Positions 46,850-56,043 of a stretch of DNA of 64,000 nt are shown piece after piece. The position numbers and the translations under genes are program-made. The notes under the pieces were generated by a model. It saw nothing but the letters and a program-made list of their open reading frames with translations, was not told the DNA's origin and did no database searches. The stretch is taken from positions 7,498-71,497 of IMG/VR virus record IMGVR_UViG_3300029288_000159. One strand, written 5' to 3'. Every line of letters begins with the position of its first letter. The stretch's first letter is position 1. Source of the DNA: a virus. Lineage: Duplodnaviria > Caudoviricetes.

Positions 46850-47779
46850 TCATCTCGGGCGCGTGAAGTGGGTGCCGACATGGGCTGTGTTCGATGAGGG
46901 TGTTGTTGTCTCTCGAAGGTTCTGAAGTTTCCAGACCAGGCATTCCTCATCATGCGCTCGAATGGTCTCTCCGTTGTCCCCGCCCTCGTACCCACACAGG
47001 TGGCATTCGCCGATGTCGTGCACCCAATCGATGCACGCTTGCGCGATGTCCTCTATGAGTTCCGCCTCAGTGTGTGTCGGCTCGCAGTCAGCGAGTCCGG
47101 GAGCATACACAGGCTTAGTCGGCTCGCGACGATAGACCGTGCGCACCGATATCGCCCAAACCCACGGATTGGCATCCCATCTAGCAAACACCTGGCGCGA
47201 TACAACATCTGCCGCACAATCTGCCGCACAGGTTGATCTTTCCTGGATCCGTATCGCTCTAACGCTCTCGATCAGTAGATGCGCTCTCGATGCGTGCTGA
47301 GGCATCGTTCTGGCAGGCTGCCACAATCCTTTCGTATTGGGGCTGTGTGGCAGACGCAACAGAATTCCGCCCAGTGGGGCATGTCGCCACTGCTCGCGAA
47401 TCCACAACTCATCTCCCTCGCGGCCGTACGGACATCTGAAATTGTCCGACGAATCATCGGGATAATCTGGTCCGACCTCGCGCCACAGTCCAGGTTCGCC
47501 AAAGGGTGTCCCGTCATCAGGTGCGACGCCCCACATTCGCTGTAGATGGTGACGCTTAAGCGGTTGCGGGTGCACCAATCGATAGAATTGGGTGCACTCG
47601 CCATACGCTAACTTGCTGGCCTCGGTCGAGCTGAACGTTACTGGGCGGATGCGGCTCACTTGTTTCATCGGAACCTGTACTTTCTTACGGGGTCGTGCCG
47701 GCATGCATAGCATCGCCACGTCCCATTCGGCTGATTGCCTCCGTCCTGCGGGTAGGGGTTTTCGGTCCCGCATGCGCAT
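46850..47779 (-). CDS. ASCH/PUA-like conserved phage protein (true start probably downstream of 47779)
   Basis: CPYG..GDELWIRE...WQPARTMP..ASR..L.IESVR...WDANPWVW motif. Confidence 0.7.
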   Translation of the reverse strand: MRMRDRKPLPAGRRQSAEWDVAMLCMPARPRKKVQVPMKQVSRIRPVTFSSTEASKLAYGECTQFYRLVHPQPLKRHHLQRMWGVAPDDGTPFGEPGLWREVGPDYPDDSSDNFRCPYGREGDELWIREQWRHAPLGGILLRLPHSPNTKGLWQPARTMPQHASRAHLLIESVRAIRIQERSTCAADCAADVVSRQVFARWDANPWVWAISVRTVYRREPTKPVYAPGLADCEPTHTEAELIEDIAQACIDWVHDIGECHLCGYEGGDNGETIRAHDEECLVWKLQNLRETTTPSSNTAHVGTHFTRPR

Positions 47780-47932
47780 GCTCGTGTTGCCCGATGCGCA
47801 TCCGGGACTGTGTCGGGCGCTACATCAGCGGCAGGAAGCTCGACCGGCGGGACCTCGAAGGACGAAAACGCCCCTCCGCATGGTGGGTGCACCCGTCCGA
47901 ATATCGCATGTTGAGTGGTGAAACCGCATCGA

Positions 47933-48223
47933 TCACATCGATAGATCCGCATGGTCATCCTCTAAAGAACACTTGATCAGTGGCACCTTGCTCCAGTCGA
48001 GTGGTTCGGCGGGATACTCACCATGAGTATTGCATGCTGGGCACACGGCCTGTACTGGCTCATCCGAGTCGCCAAGTATGAGAGCACGCCTGAGTTTGGC
48101 CCCGCCATCGATGCGAATCCACCGAGTGTCTTGGCACATATTACAGTTCATTGCGTGCCTCCCATCAAAACGGTATCTCCTCTTCGCTGTCGAGCGGCCT
48201 GGTCTCGATTTCGTGGATGTCAT
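47933..48223 (-). CDS. Small Cys-containing protein
   Basis: CNMC and CPAC motifs. Confidence 0.45.
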   Translation of the reverse strand: MTSTKSRPGRSTAKRRYRFDGRHAMNCNMCQDTRWIRIDGGAKLRRALILGDSDEPVQAVCPACNTHGEYPAEPLDWSKVPLIKCSLEDDHADLSM

Positions 48224-48353
48224 CGATGGTTCGCGCCAACTCCTTCGTGAATCGTTCGATCTCCACTATCGCTACCGTGGCTCTGCGATAGGCTGCCACG
48301 AGTTCATGCGCTCTGTTTACTGAGTTGCTCAGATCACTTATGGCTTGGTTCAT
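48165..48353 (-). CDS. Small coiled-coil protein
   Basis: ATGA overlap with the nuclease stop. Confidence 0.5.
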   Translation of the reverse strand: MNQAISDLSNSVNRAHELVAAYRRATVAIVEIERFTKELARTIDDIHEIETRPLDSEEEIPF

Positions 48354-49996
48354 TGCTTTCTCCGTCGCTCTTCGTAGCGGACCTGCGTGATCGTCTCCGT
48401 CGCACCGACCTCGCGCAACGACGTCATGACTCGCTCGAGTGTGTCTGCCACCGAAAGTCCTCGGGCTCGAGCCGCATCCTTGATCGCCTCCTTGCTTGTG
48501 CTCGGCCGTACGGCTTCGGGGAACTCGAACATGCGAACGAGACCATCAGCGTTGAGGCGAATCCGCTCAACAGGAACTTCGTGGCGACCCCACACGCCCG
48601 TGTCGGTACGGATGCCTCCGTTCGCGTCGGCCCATGTCTGTAGAGCTCTCTGGACGTCATCTACAGCCATCCTCACACGTTGGAGACGAGACAACATCCA
48701 CGCTGCATGCCTCTCGTCCTGGATGAGTTCTGGGAGCGCTACAACCGGGTAGTCCATCTCCGGGTTCAGTGATGGGTCGACTTGTTCGATGCTCTCTCTG
48801 GTTTCGGGGCAGAAAGCGCGAGCGGGGCAGTATCTGCACCACGCTCCCGGATTGGGTGCCAGCTTTTCATCCATGGCTCTCTGGATGTCTGCTAGCGTCG
48901 CTCGCACTTCGAGGAAGTCAGCCGGGCCGAGTACTGCAGTCTCGGCCCGCACCATGTCTTCGTCCACGAACGCAAGCATGATCCGAATCGTCTGCGCACC
49001 TATCCATGCAGCTACAGCCGTCCCCAGAAACCGCATCTGCATGTTGTGCTCGATCGCCTCTGTGCCTTCGACCTGTCCAGTTTTCCAATCGATGACAGTG
49101 GGGCATGAGTCCCCGAGCACCAGATCTGCTGCGCCAGACCATTCGCCCGGCTCAAGGAATTCGAACACCTTGCGTGGGTCTTTGCCCGGGTGTAGCCGTG
49201 CACTGTGAGTTCTCGGATCGTAGATGACTGGATTCTCCACGCTCAGGATGGGTTGCGACAGGAACGGCGCCATCTCGCGTTCCCACGCGGCGATCCAGTT
49301 ACGGACTGTCTTCATGCTCTCCTTGAGAGAGATGCTCATGTCCTTTGCGATCTGATCAGGCCGCCGCGCCATACTGTTCGCTCGGTCGGCAGCGTAGGCG
49401 TGGAAGAGGCGTCCCATGCTCGCCTCCTCCGATGCCTCGCTGTCGTCCGCGGGCCAGACCGCATCTGGAGACCAGAATGCCCAGACGCAATGAACTGCGA
49501 TGTGGAGCCGGGAAGCTGTCGGGCGATGTTGGCGTAGTTCAGTCGATGTCGTCGATGTCATCGTAGGCTCATGCCAGGACACAGATATCGACATGCGCCG
49601 CAAAGTTACTGCTGCGCCCAGTACTATTGCTGTATTATCAAGTACGAGATCTCCGGGTACATCCAGTTGCATCAACAGTGATCCGTCTGCGGAGAATGTG
49701 CGACCAAACGAGGCTTTCCCGGTCCCACATGCAATTGCAGAAATCGGATTCGGAATGCTGATGATGCGCTGCTTGACAACGCCTTCTGTCGCTCGCTCGA
49801 TAACGCTGTTTGCCACTTGCGAGAATGCGGGTACTTCGAAGTGCAATTCCGCAAGCAGTCTGTTCTCAATGAGAATGGAGTCAACGTTAGGCATGTGGCC
49901 GGAATAGATCCGTATCAATCCAGCGTCATGCCTTGCGCCGAGTGCAGTCAGGTTTCTGACTTGTTTACACGCTGCAAGCCGTTCGGCATCTATCAT
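48350..49996 (-). CDS. PD-(D/E)XK (RecE/Cas4-like) exonuclease with an N-terminal virion-type domain
   Basis: PTASRL..., GAADLV...VIDWKTG, PGAWCRYCPAR..CP; adjacent to recT; N-terminal ~140 aa align to ORF 37542-37940. Confidence 0.8.
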   Translation of the reverse strand: MIDAERLAACKQVRNLTALGARHDAGLIRIYSGHMPNVDSILIENRLLAELHFEVPAFSQVANSVIERATEGVVKQRIISIPNPISAIACGTGKASFGRTFSADGSLLMQLDVPGDLVLDNTAIVLGAAVTLRRMSISVSWHEPTMTSTTSTELRQHRPTASRLHIAVHCVWAFWSPDAVWPADDSEASEEASMGRLFHAYAADRANSMARRPDQIAKDMSISLKESMKTVRNWIAAWEREMAPFLSQPILSVENPVIYDPRTHSARLHPGKDPRKVFEFLEPGEWSGAADLVLGDSCPTVIDWKTGQVEGTEAIEHNMQMRFLGTAVAAWIGAQTIRIMLAFVDEDMVRAETAVLGPADFLEVRATLADIQRAMDEKLAPNPGAWCRYCPARAFCPETRESIEQVDPSLNPEMDYPVVALPELIQDERHAAWMLSRLQRVRMAVDDVQRALQTWADANGGIRTDTGVWGRHEVPVERIRLNADGLVRMFEFPEAVRPSTSKEAIKDAARARGLSVADTLERVMTSLREVGATETITQVRYEERRRKQ

Positions 49997-51033
49997 TCGA
50001 ATCCCTCCCGGATTGGATCATGATCCGCCCCGTCCACCACCTCATTCTCTGTCGGCACGCGTGGGCGTTCTGTCGAGTAATGGACCGGCTTGAACGAGCC
50101 GCCCCGTTGCTCCTGCACGTCCTGCACGACGCCGTCCTGATCGACGGTCACCGTCTCGGGTTGCGGGTCCTCCGTACCCAGCATTTCCGCCGCGCTGGGC
50201 TGCGCAGGCGGGAGCGCCGCGGCCTGGAGGGCCTCGGATAACGGGACGAGTCCTCGGTCGTTCTGGCGGGTCGCCATGTTGCCCTGCGCCTCGTCCGAGT
50301 GGGAGAGCGCCATGGCCACCGATTCAGCCACCTCCGGCTCGACAGGGAGATACTTCACCAGTCTTCTCACAGCGGTTTTCCTGCTCATCTCGTCGGGCCA
50401 GTCGGCCCATGGCCCCGATTGCGCCGCAGAGCACGCCCGGATGGCCTCGAGGTCGCCACGCGTGCAGATCTCGACCTGCTTGCACCCATCCTTGAAGGTG
50501 GCGATCGCGTAGGAGGCGATGATTTGTCCTCTGTCTTCCATGCCCAGATACGGCACATGCTCAATTTTGGAGTCAGTCCCATAACGGACGTCGAACACAG
50601 GATCCTTCTCACGTACGACGTGAGCCTCGATACTTGCGATCAACTTGGAGCGTCGCGCGATGTCGAGCAGCCCGCGATATCCAGGGTCGAAGGAGCATTC
50701 CCATCGGTGCGGCGTGACCTTCTTGTTCTGTCGCGGGACGAGATATCCGCGACCGTTCACGCCACCCGGAGTGATGCCTAGCGCCGCCGCGTCCATGAGC
50801 GCCTTCAGCACGCTCTCGGGCGTGCACTCACCAAGGCGGGGTTGACGACTCGCCGCCAGGCACGCCAGGCGGATCATCTCCACTGGATTCACCTGCTTCG
50901 AGGCCACATCGTTCAACCGGTCGATGTTCGCCATCAACCAATCTTTCAACGTTGCCGGCCGGGTTTGCTGTTTCCGCTGACTCGGTGGCGTTGGCGATGG
51001 GGGATTCGGAGAACTCTGACGTTGCTGTGCCAT
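49993..51033 (-). CDS. recT: RecT-family single-strand annealing recombinase
   Basis: L.ECTPESVLKALMDAAALGITP...GYLVP...GYRGLLDIARRS...WPDEMSRKTAVRRLVKYLP. Confidence 0.92.
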   Translation of the reverse strand: MAQQRQSSPNPPSPTPPSQRKQQTRPATLKDWLMANIDRLNDVASKQVNPVEMIRLACLAASRQPRLGECTPESVLKALMDAAALGITPGGVNGRGYLVPRQNKKVTPHRWECSFDPGYRGLLDIARRSKLIASIEAHVVREKDPVFDVRYGTDSKIEHVPYLGMEDRGQIIASYAIATFKDGCKQVEICTRGDLEAIRACSAAQSGPWADWPDEMSRKTAVRRLVKYLPVEPEVAESVAMALSHSDEAQGNMATRQNDRGLVPLSEALQAAALPPAQPSAAEMLGTEDPQPETVTVDQDGVVQDVQEQRGGSFKPVHYSTERPRVPTENEVVDGADHDPIREGFE

Positions 51034-51277
51034 TGAGGATTTCCCTTCGTAGATGGTCTCTGAACTTGGCGATCACTTCGTCGATCGAGTGCTCGCCTGC
51101 AACGATGCACCTGCCGTCCACGCTTATATCACACATAAACACCGGTTCTTGCACTTGGACGAGCGATAGGTCAAAGTATGACATACTGCAGAACAACTCA
51201 GTCGTTGTGTTCCCGACGGCGATGAGTTCGGCCCTCGCTCGAGTATAGAGTTCCTTGACATCATAATCCATTGTCAT
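50828..51277 (-). CDS. Hypothetical protein; 3' end overlaps the recT 5' end
   Basis: AAGGAG RBS; ~200-nt overlap in another frame. Confidence 0.45.
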   Translation of the reverse strand: MTMDYDVKELYTRARAELIAVGNTTTELFCSMSYFDLSLVQVQEPVFMCDISVDGRCIVAGEHSIDEVIAKFRDHLRREILNGTATSEFSESPIANATESAETANPAGNVERLVDGEHRPVERCGLEAGESSGDDPPGVPGGESSTPPW

Positions 51278-51580
51278 CTCCTTTCAATGCGTGAGCCCAA
51301 TAGAAGAGGATGAGCCGCTTGGCTCGCAACAGCTGATGGCCCTTGCGGTGCGGACCTCGTATGCGCCATTCGACATGGCCGAGAAACTCGGCCATCCTTT
51401 CGGGAGTGGCAACAAATCGGCCATCGGTCGTCGGCCACCACCAGAGGCCACACCAGTCGCAGCACGCAATGGTCTGCCCAGCAACCGTTTCGGGATGCAG
51501 TCGACCATCACAATGTCTCGCTCCTCGCGGACACGGGCCGATGTCGAGGCGATCATCAACCAGATTGAGCGGTTTGAGCA

Positions 51581-51865
51581 TCACAGTGTCCCTCCGAGTT
51601 TGACGATGGCCAGATTGATCTCGGCGCGTAGGGCCGCTGACCCAGTGGCGAACGATTCATTCGCGCTGAGTCTGGCGCTCCGGTAGAGCGCGAGAGCCTC
51701 CTCCCTTTTCCCATCGTCGGCCAGGAGTTTGGCTCGACGGGCCTTGTCCCATGCCATCGAATAGAAGTCGGAGAGGCGTGAATTGACCTGTGTAGGCCTG
51801 GTGACTGGAGGCTGTTTCATTTGCGTTCCATCTTGATCGATCGATTGCAGATGCGGGCGCCCCAT
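51581..51865 (-). CDS. Hypothetical (TPR-like helix pair)
   Basis: Operon packing. Confidence 0.4.
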   Translation of the reverse strand: MGRPHLQSIDQDGTQMKQPPVTRPTQVNSRLSDFYSMAWDKARRAKLLADDGKREEALALYRSARLSANESFATGSAALRAEINLAIVKLGGTL

Positions 51866-52101
51866 GTGATGACTTTGCCGTCATGATCGAGGTCGACTCC
51901 CGAATCTGCAGTGAAGTGTGCATCGGCTTCGCTTGGCCTCCACTCTCTAGCTTGTAGCGATAAGATTTGCTGCGCCTGCTCCTCCACACACTCGAGGAGA
52001 GCCTTGATGCACGCCTCAATGGGAGCGCTGGCGTCTACACCAAGATCGACGCAGTGCTGCCATGCGGCTCGAGCCGCATCTAGTTTGGATTGCACGGTCA
52101 T
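51817..52101 (-). CDS. Hypothetical protein
   Basis: AAGGAG RBS. Confidence 0.5.
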   Translation of the reverse strand: MTVQSKLDAARAAWQHCVDLGVDASAPIEACIKALLECVEEQAQQILSLQAREWRPSEADAHFTADSGVDLDHDGKVITWGARICNRSIKMERK

Positions 52102-52295
52102 TCTCCTTTCTTAGTCTCGTCATCATCGCACCATCTCTCCCACGGACAGCCGTGGCATTTCGACCGAACCAATGTGCCCAGCGCACATCCCCGCTTAGGC
52201 ATATTGATCCACTTCCGAAGCGCCCAGCGCAGGAGCGGCAATGAGAGCATCACCGCCACTCCTGTGCCAAACCAATAGAGAAGAAACATCGTCAG

Positions 52296-52640
52296 TTAGT
52301 CCAATGAATGGACCACATGGATCCAGTGAATCTCGGCCCCCTCGGGAAGAGTGATGACTCCTTCGGGGAGACGAGGGCCAACGTACTGGTAGACCAGTAG
52401 CTCATCCCCATGCTCTAATTTCACCGACACTCGGTTGAAGGGAACTGGGAAGGCCAGTGACTCAGATGCCAGTTTGGCAGTTTGGTCATGACCGATGGCC
52501 GGGAGGGCATCCCTGGCTAGCTCTCGTGCTCGCTCCACGGACACCTCCTCCCACCGGATGGTTCCCCGGGAGACATTACACATTCCGAGCGTAAACACAT
52601 TGCACACGTATCGTTTCATTGTCTTCTTCCTTTCTACCAT
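52296..52640 (-). CDS. STIV B116-like (DUF1874) protein
   Basis: AIGHDQTA..AS...FNRVSVKLEHGDELLVYQYVGPRLPEG motif. Confidence 0.72.
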   Translation of the reverse strand: MVERKKTMKRYVCNVFTLGMCNVSRGTIRWEEVSVERARELARDALPAIGHDQTAKLASESLAFPVPFNRVSVKLEHGDELLVYQYVGPRLPEGVITLPEGAEIHWIHVVHSLD

Positions 52641-53079
52641 TGCATCGATGAGCTATTCGATAGGCTTCCGCCGGCATCGCCTCGAGTAGGCCGACGACGC
52701 GTCCCTGAGGGGAGATGGCGATCACGGCGCACCTTCCCGAGCGAAGCGGAAAGACGTCGAAGTGCGGCGCGTGAGGTTGCTGTGCAGGCGGTGCGATGCC
52801 GATCAATGTTCGTGAGAATCTACTCATCCTCATCCTCCTCATCCTGCTCCGTCTCCTGTATCCACTCGTCGACCCGCTCACCATACGGGTCATACTCTTC
52901 CTCATCCATGTTCCTCATTTTGAGGTCATCGGCATCAAGGGCAGTTGCATGGGATCGCCGCAAGTATGCATCCCCGGCGGCTGATCGGCCGTGTGAATCC
53001 ACGGTGCTGGTATGGACAGCTCCAGAGCGTCCCGTACCTACGTTCTCCGTGCAAAAGCCCTTGATGCCGATGACTTGGC

Positions 53080-53391
53080 TCATGCCCAGGACAATGCGCT
53101 CGCCAGTGCCTGCCGTACTCGAGCACTCGCGCACGCTTGCTGTATCTGCTCCGGTCCAGGTCCCTCTGGACGAACGTCATTGGGGACTAGCAATCCACAG
53201 ACTACTGCAGACCATTGATCCATCAGCAATGCGATAAACTCATTGTCGACGATGGATGCAACTGGAATCGCTGTCGGAAGCGCTCGCGTAATCAAACGGG
53301 CCTGTTTCCCGCATACTCTGTCGGCCTCTTCTGCCAGCTCGTCTGCCTGCGCGAGAAACTTCCGTACCATCTCTATTCGTGAACTCGCCAT
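53080..53391 (-). CDS. First leftward gene of the divergent switch; no HTH recognised
   Basis: ATG 53391 downstream of the leftward promoter candidate. Confidence 0.45.
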   Translation of the reverse strand: MASSRIEMVRKFLAQADELAEEADRVCGKQARLITRALPTAIPVASIVDNEFIALLMDQWSAVVCGLLVPNDVRPEGPGPEQIQQACASARVRQALASALSWA

Positions 53392-53483
53392 GGGTGCCAC
53401 CTTCGGGATCAACTGTTACCCTGGGGTAAAACCGGAGTCAAGCAATCATTGACTTTTTTTTGACCCAAGGTAAAAGTGGCTCC
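53392..53483. promoter_or_regulatory. Divergent promoter/operator region
   Basis: Leftward TTGACT-N17-TAACAG, rightward TTGACT-N16-TAAAAG; palindrome TTACCC-TG-GGGTAA at 53416-53429. Confidence 0.55.
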
Positions 53484-53735
53484 ATGGACGACGACAGAAA
53501 AGGAGCGGCCCGTTGGCGAGCGGCGTTCGTGACCTGGAAGGAGGAGGAGGGGGTTTCGCTGACCCAACTGGCCGGCGATTTGGGGGTCTCGGTGGCCACG
53601 GTATGTAGGTGGGAGTCGGGCTCACGCATACCATCGAAAGAAAATCGGGACATCATCCAACAGCGGTCGAAGGGAGCGGTCCGAGCTCTACTGATCCCAC
53701 TCAGACAACATCAAATAAAATGGGGGACCAGGTGA
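53484..53735 (+). CDS. Cro/XRE-family HTH regulator
   Basis: VSLTQLAGDLGVSVATVCRWESGSRIPS. Confidence 0.88.
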   Translation: MDDDRKGAARWRAAFVTWKEEEGVSLTQLAGDLGVSVATVCRWESGSRIPSKENRDIIQQRSKGAVRALLIPLRQHQIKWGTR

Positions 53736-53929
53736 CAGATCAAAACAAGGAGAGACTCCTCGCTGTCGGTGCACTTGCCGTCGCTCTGCTCATCGTATTT
53801 CTCATGTGGAAGGGAGCGCATGCACTTAACTGTATGGACCGGAAGTGCCCAATCGGTGAACCCATCTCCGAGCGGGGCGAGTGTTGGTGTTGGATACGAG
53901 CCGAGAGGGTACCATGGACCCAAAAGTGA
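53732..53929 (+). CDS. Small membrane protein with Cys-rich tail
   Basis: One TM helix; GTGA overlap. Confidence 0.5.
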   Translation: MTDQNKERLLAVGALAVALLIVFLMWKGAHALNCMDRKCPIGEPISERGECWCWIRAERVPWTQK

Positions 53930-54336
53930 AAGTGAGACGTCTATGCGAGGCGGCTCGTGCCGTCCTGTTCAATACTCCATGGCAGAGTTCGAATATCTAT
54001 TTTTCTGAACTGAACGATGCTCTCCGCGCACTCGACACGCTTCCGCGAAAAGGATATGTTGAGGTGGTTAACTACGAGTCACCCGAGGTGCTGTGCATGA
54101 GGGAGGAGAAGCCATGAGCGAGGCGGACCTCATATCCGAATCATGCCTCGCATCCGCGTAAAGCCCGGCCACTTCCGCTATGTCTGCGATGCCTGCGGGC
54201 GCAAGGCGGACGAGTGGGTTGCGGGGTGGCGCGATCCGCCAGTGCCGCTCTTCCCTTATGAAAACTCATTGATTGGAAAGCTCGCGTGCTCGGATGCATG
54301 TGAAGCCCTGTTACGAAAAAGTCAGAAAGGAGCCAA

Positions 54337-54702
54337 ATGAAAGAGGAATCAGTTGGGCCGCGTGACTTCGCGCGGGAACTAGCAACGATGGCCGACGGGC
54401 AGTTCAATGCCATCCTGAGCGCCGAACAGCAGAAACTCGTTGCTTCGCTGCAGGATCAAGCGCTCGCCAAGGGAGATTCGGGAAAGGAGAAGGGGTCAAT
54501 CACCATCACAATCAAATACGATGTGAGCGCCAAGGGGCATGTGTTTATCAGTCCGACGCTCAAGGTCACATGCCCCAAGCCGACGGTCGGGGCCACCGTC
54601 AGATTCGTGGACAAGAATGGCAATCTGACCAACGAAGACACACGGCAACAGAAGTTGCCGCTTAGAGAAGTTGCAGCACCACCAATTCGAGACCTGAAGT
54701 AG
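54337..54702 (+). CDS. Conserved partner of DUF2303
   Basis: GSITITIKY...PK...TVRFVDKNGNLT..D.RQ..L motif. Confidence 0.7.
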   Translation: MKEESVGPRDFARELATMADGQFNAILSAEQQKLVASLQDQALAKGDSGKEKGSITITIKYDVSAKGHVFISPTLKVTCPKPTVGATVRFVDKNGNLTNEDTRQQKLPLREVAAPPIRDLK

Positions 54703-54711
54703 GAGGATACA

Positions 54712-55680
54712 ATGAGTGATGATGAGGACGGCAGAGCAGCAATCGTGAGTCTATTTACTCTATTTGCTCAAGCACAGAGAGGACTTCTTGAGCCGAAGCT
54801 CGTGGACATCAAGGATCCAAACAATCCAACGGTATCGTGCCAGATACTGCTTACCCCAAGCTTCGACGGTCAGGGTCAGCAGGCCATGACTGTACACGCG
54901 GTGAAGAGCTTTCTGGATGAGTATCGGGTCGCCCCAGAAGCAGTCGAAGGCACTGCGCGACTGCACGATCTGAACTCCTTCATCGCGCATGTCAATCGAT
55001 TCAAGGAGTCCGGATCATCACTGTTCATGGATGCGGGCACGAACAGCAATAGTCCAACACTGATCGCAGTGTTCGACTACAGCCCAAATCGAGAACAGCC
55101 ACGCTGGGGAACACATGTCGCGAAGTACGTGTTCCCGTTGAGCGACGAGTGGATTGCTTGGATGGAGGCCAACGGCAGGCTCATGTCACAAGCCAAGTTT
55201 GCGGACTTCGTCGAGGATCGACTCATGGACGTCATCGACCCTAGCACCGATGGCCCCAACGGCGGCCCTGGTGAACTCGGCGCTCTTCTCGCGCAAGCGA
55301 CGGGCATCGTCTACGCGACACCGCTCAAGCTTCTCGAGCTGTCTCGAGGGCTCATGCTGAGGGTCGAGCACACGGTCGGAGAGGTGCGCAATCTGGCAAC
55401 CGGAGAGGCGCAACTCATGTTCACTGAGCAGCACACGGATGCTCAGGGGCAGCCATTGAGGATGCCGACAGGATTGGTAATAGGCATCCCTGTGTTTAAA
55501 AATGGTGACCGACATCGCATCCCGGCCAGGCTGCGATACCGCAAGGACGGCACGAAGCTCGTCTTCTGGTACGAGCTCTACCGGGCGTCGAGTGTGTTTG
55601 ACTTCGCCATTCGTGATGCCTGCGAGGTGGCCAGGGCAGCGACGTCGCTCCCGCTCTACATGGGGACGCCGGAGGACTAA
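54712..55680 (+). CDS. DUF2303 (YfdQ-like) protein
   Basis: HDLNSFIAHVNRF...FPLSDEWIAW...MSQAKFADFVED...IPARLRYR. Confidence 0.85.
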   Translation: MSDDEDGRAAIVSLFTLFAQAQRGLLEPKLVDIKDPNNPTVSCQILLTPSFDGQGQQAMTVHAVKSFLDEYRVAPEAVEGTARLHDLNSFIAHVNRFKESGSSLFMDAGTNSNSPTLIAVFDYSPNREQPRWGTHVAKYVFPLSDEWIAWMEANGRLMSQAKFADFVEDRLMDVIDPSTDGPNGGPGELGALLAQATGIVYATPLKLLELSRGLMLRVEHTVGEVRNLATGEAQLMFTEQHTDAQGQPLRMPTGLVIGIPVFKNGDRHRIPARLRYRKDGTKLVFWYELYRASSVFDFAIRDACEVARAATSLPLYMGTPED

Positions 55681-55850
55681 GCGACCCCTGGCCGAGGATA
55701 TGGCCGAGGATATCCGCAGCCAATTTTGGCTTCGATCCGGCAGCTGCGCACTTTTCGTTACAGTGTGGCTGCCGGATTGCCCTTGCCAGAACTGTCAGAC
55801 GCATAGTAAGTCATTTGTCCAACATGTTAGAAAAAGAGAGAGATGCTCTC

Positions 55851-56036
55851 ATGGGCACAGCGAGAATATCGTTTCGGACTGATGCGGATGTGCTCGTACG
55901 CATCAAGAAACTCGGGGCATTACTCGACTCCAAACTGGCTGGGGCGCCCAAATTCACAATGTCTGGCGCATTAAGAATAGCGTTATTGCGGGGAATGGAA
56001 GTGATTGAGAAAGAACTGTCTCACATCCGGAAGTGA
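55851..56036 (+). CDS. Ribbon-helix-helix regulator
   Basis: RISFRTDADVLVRI...TMSGALRIALLRG. Confidence 0.6.
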   Translation: MGTARISFRTDADVLVRIKKLGALLDSKLAGAPKFTMSGALRIALLRGMEVIEKELSHIRK

Positions 56037-56043
56037 GTGCCCG

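Noticed and set aside
48350-49996. Cas4 as an adaptation module for the array
   Set aside because: Adjacent to recT, 11 kb from the array, and no cas1/cas2; better explained as the RecE-type partner.
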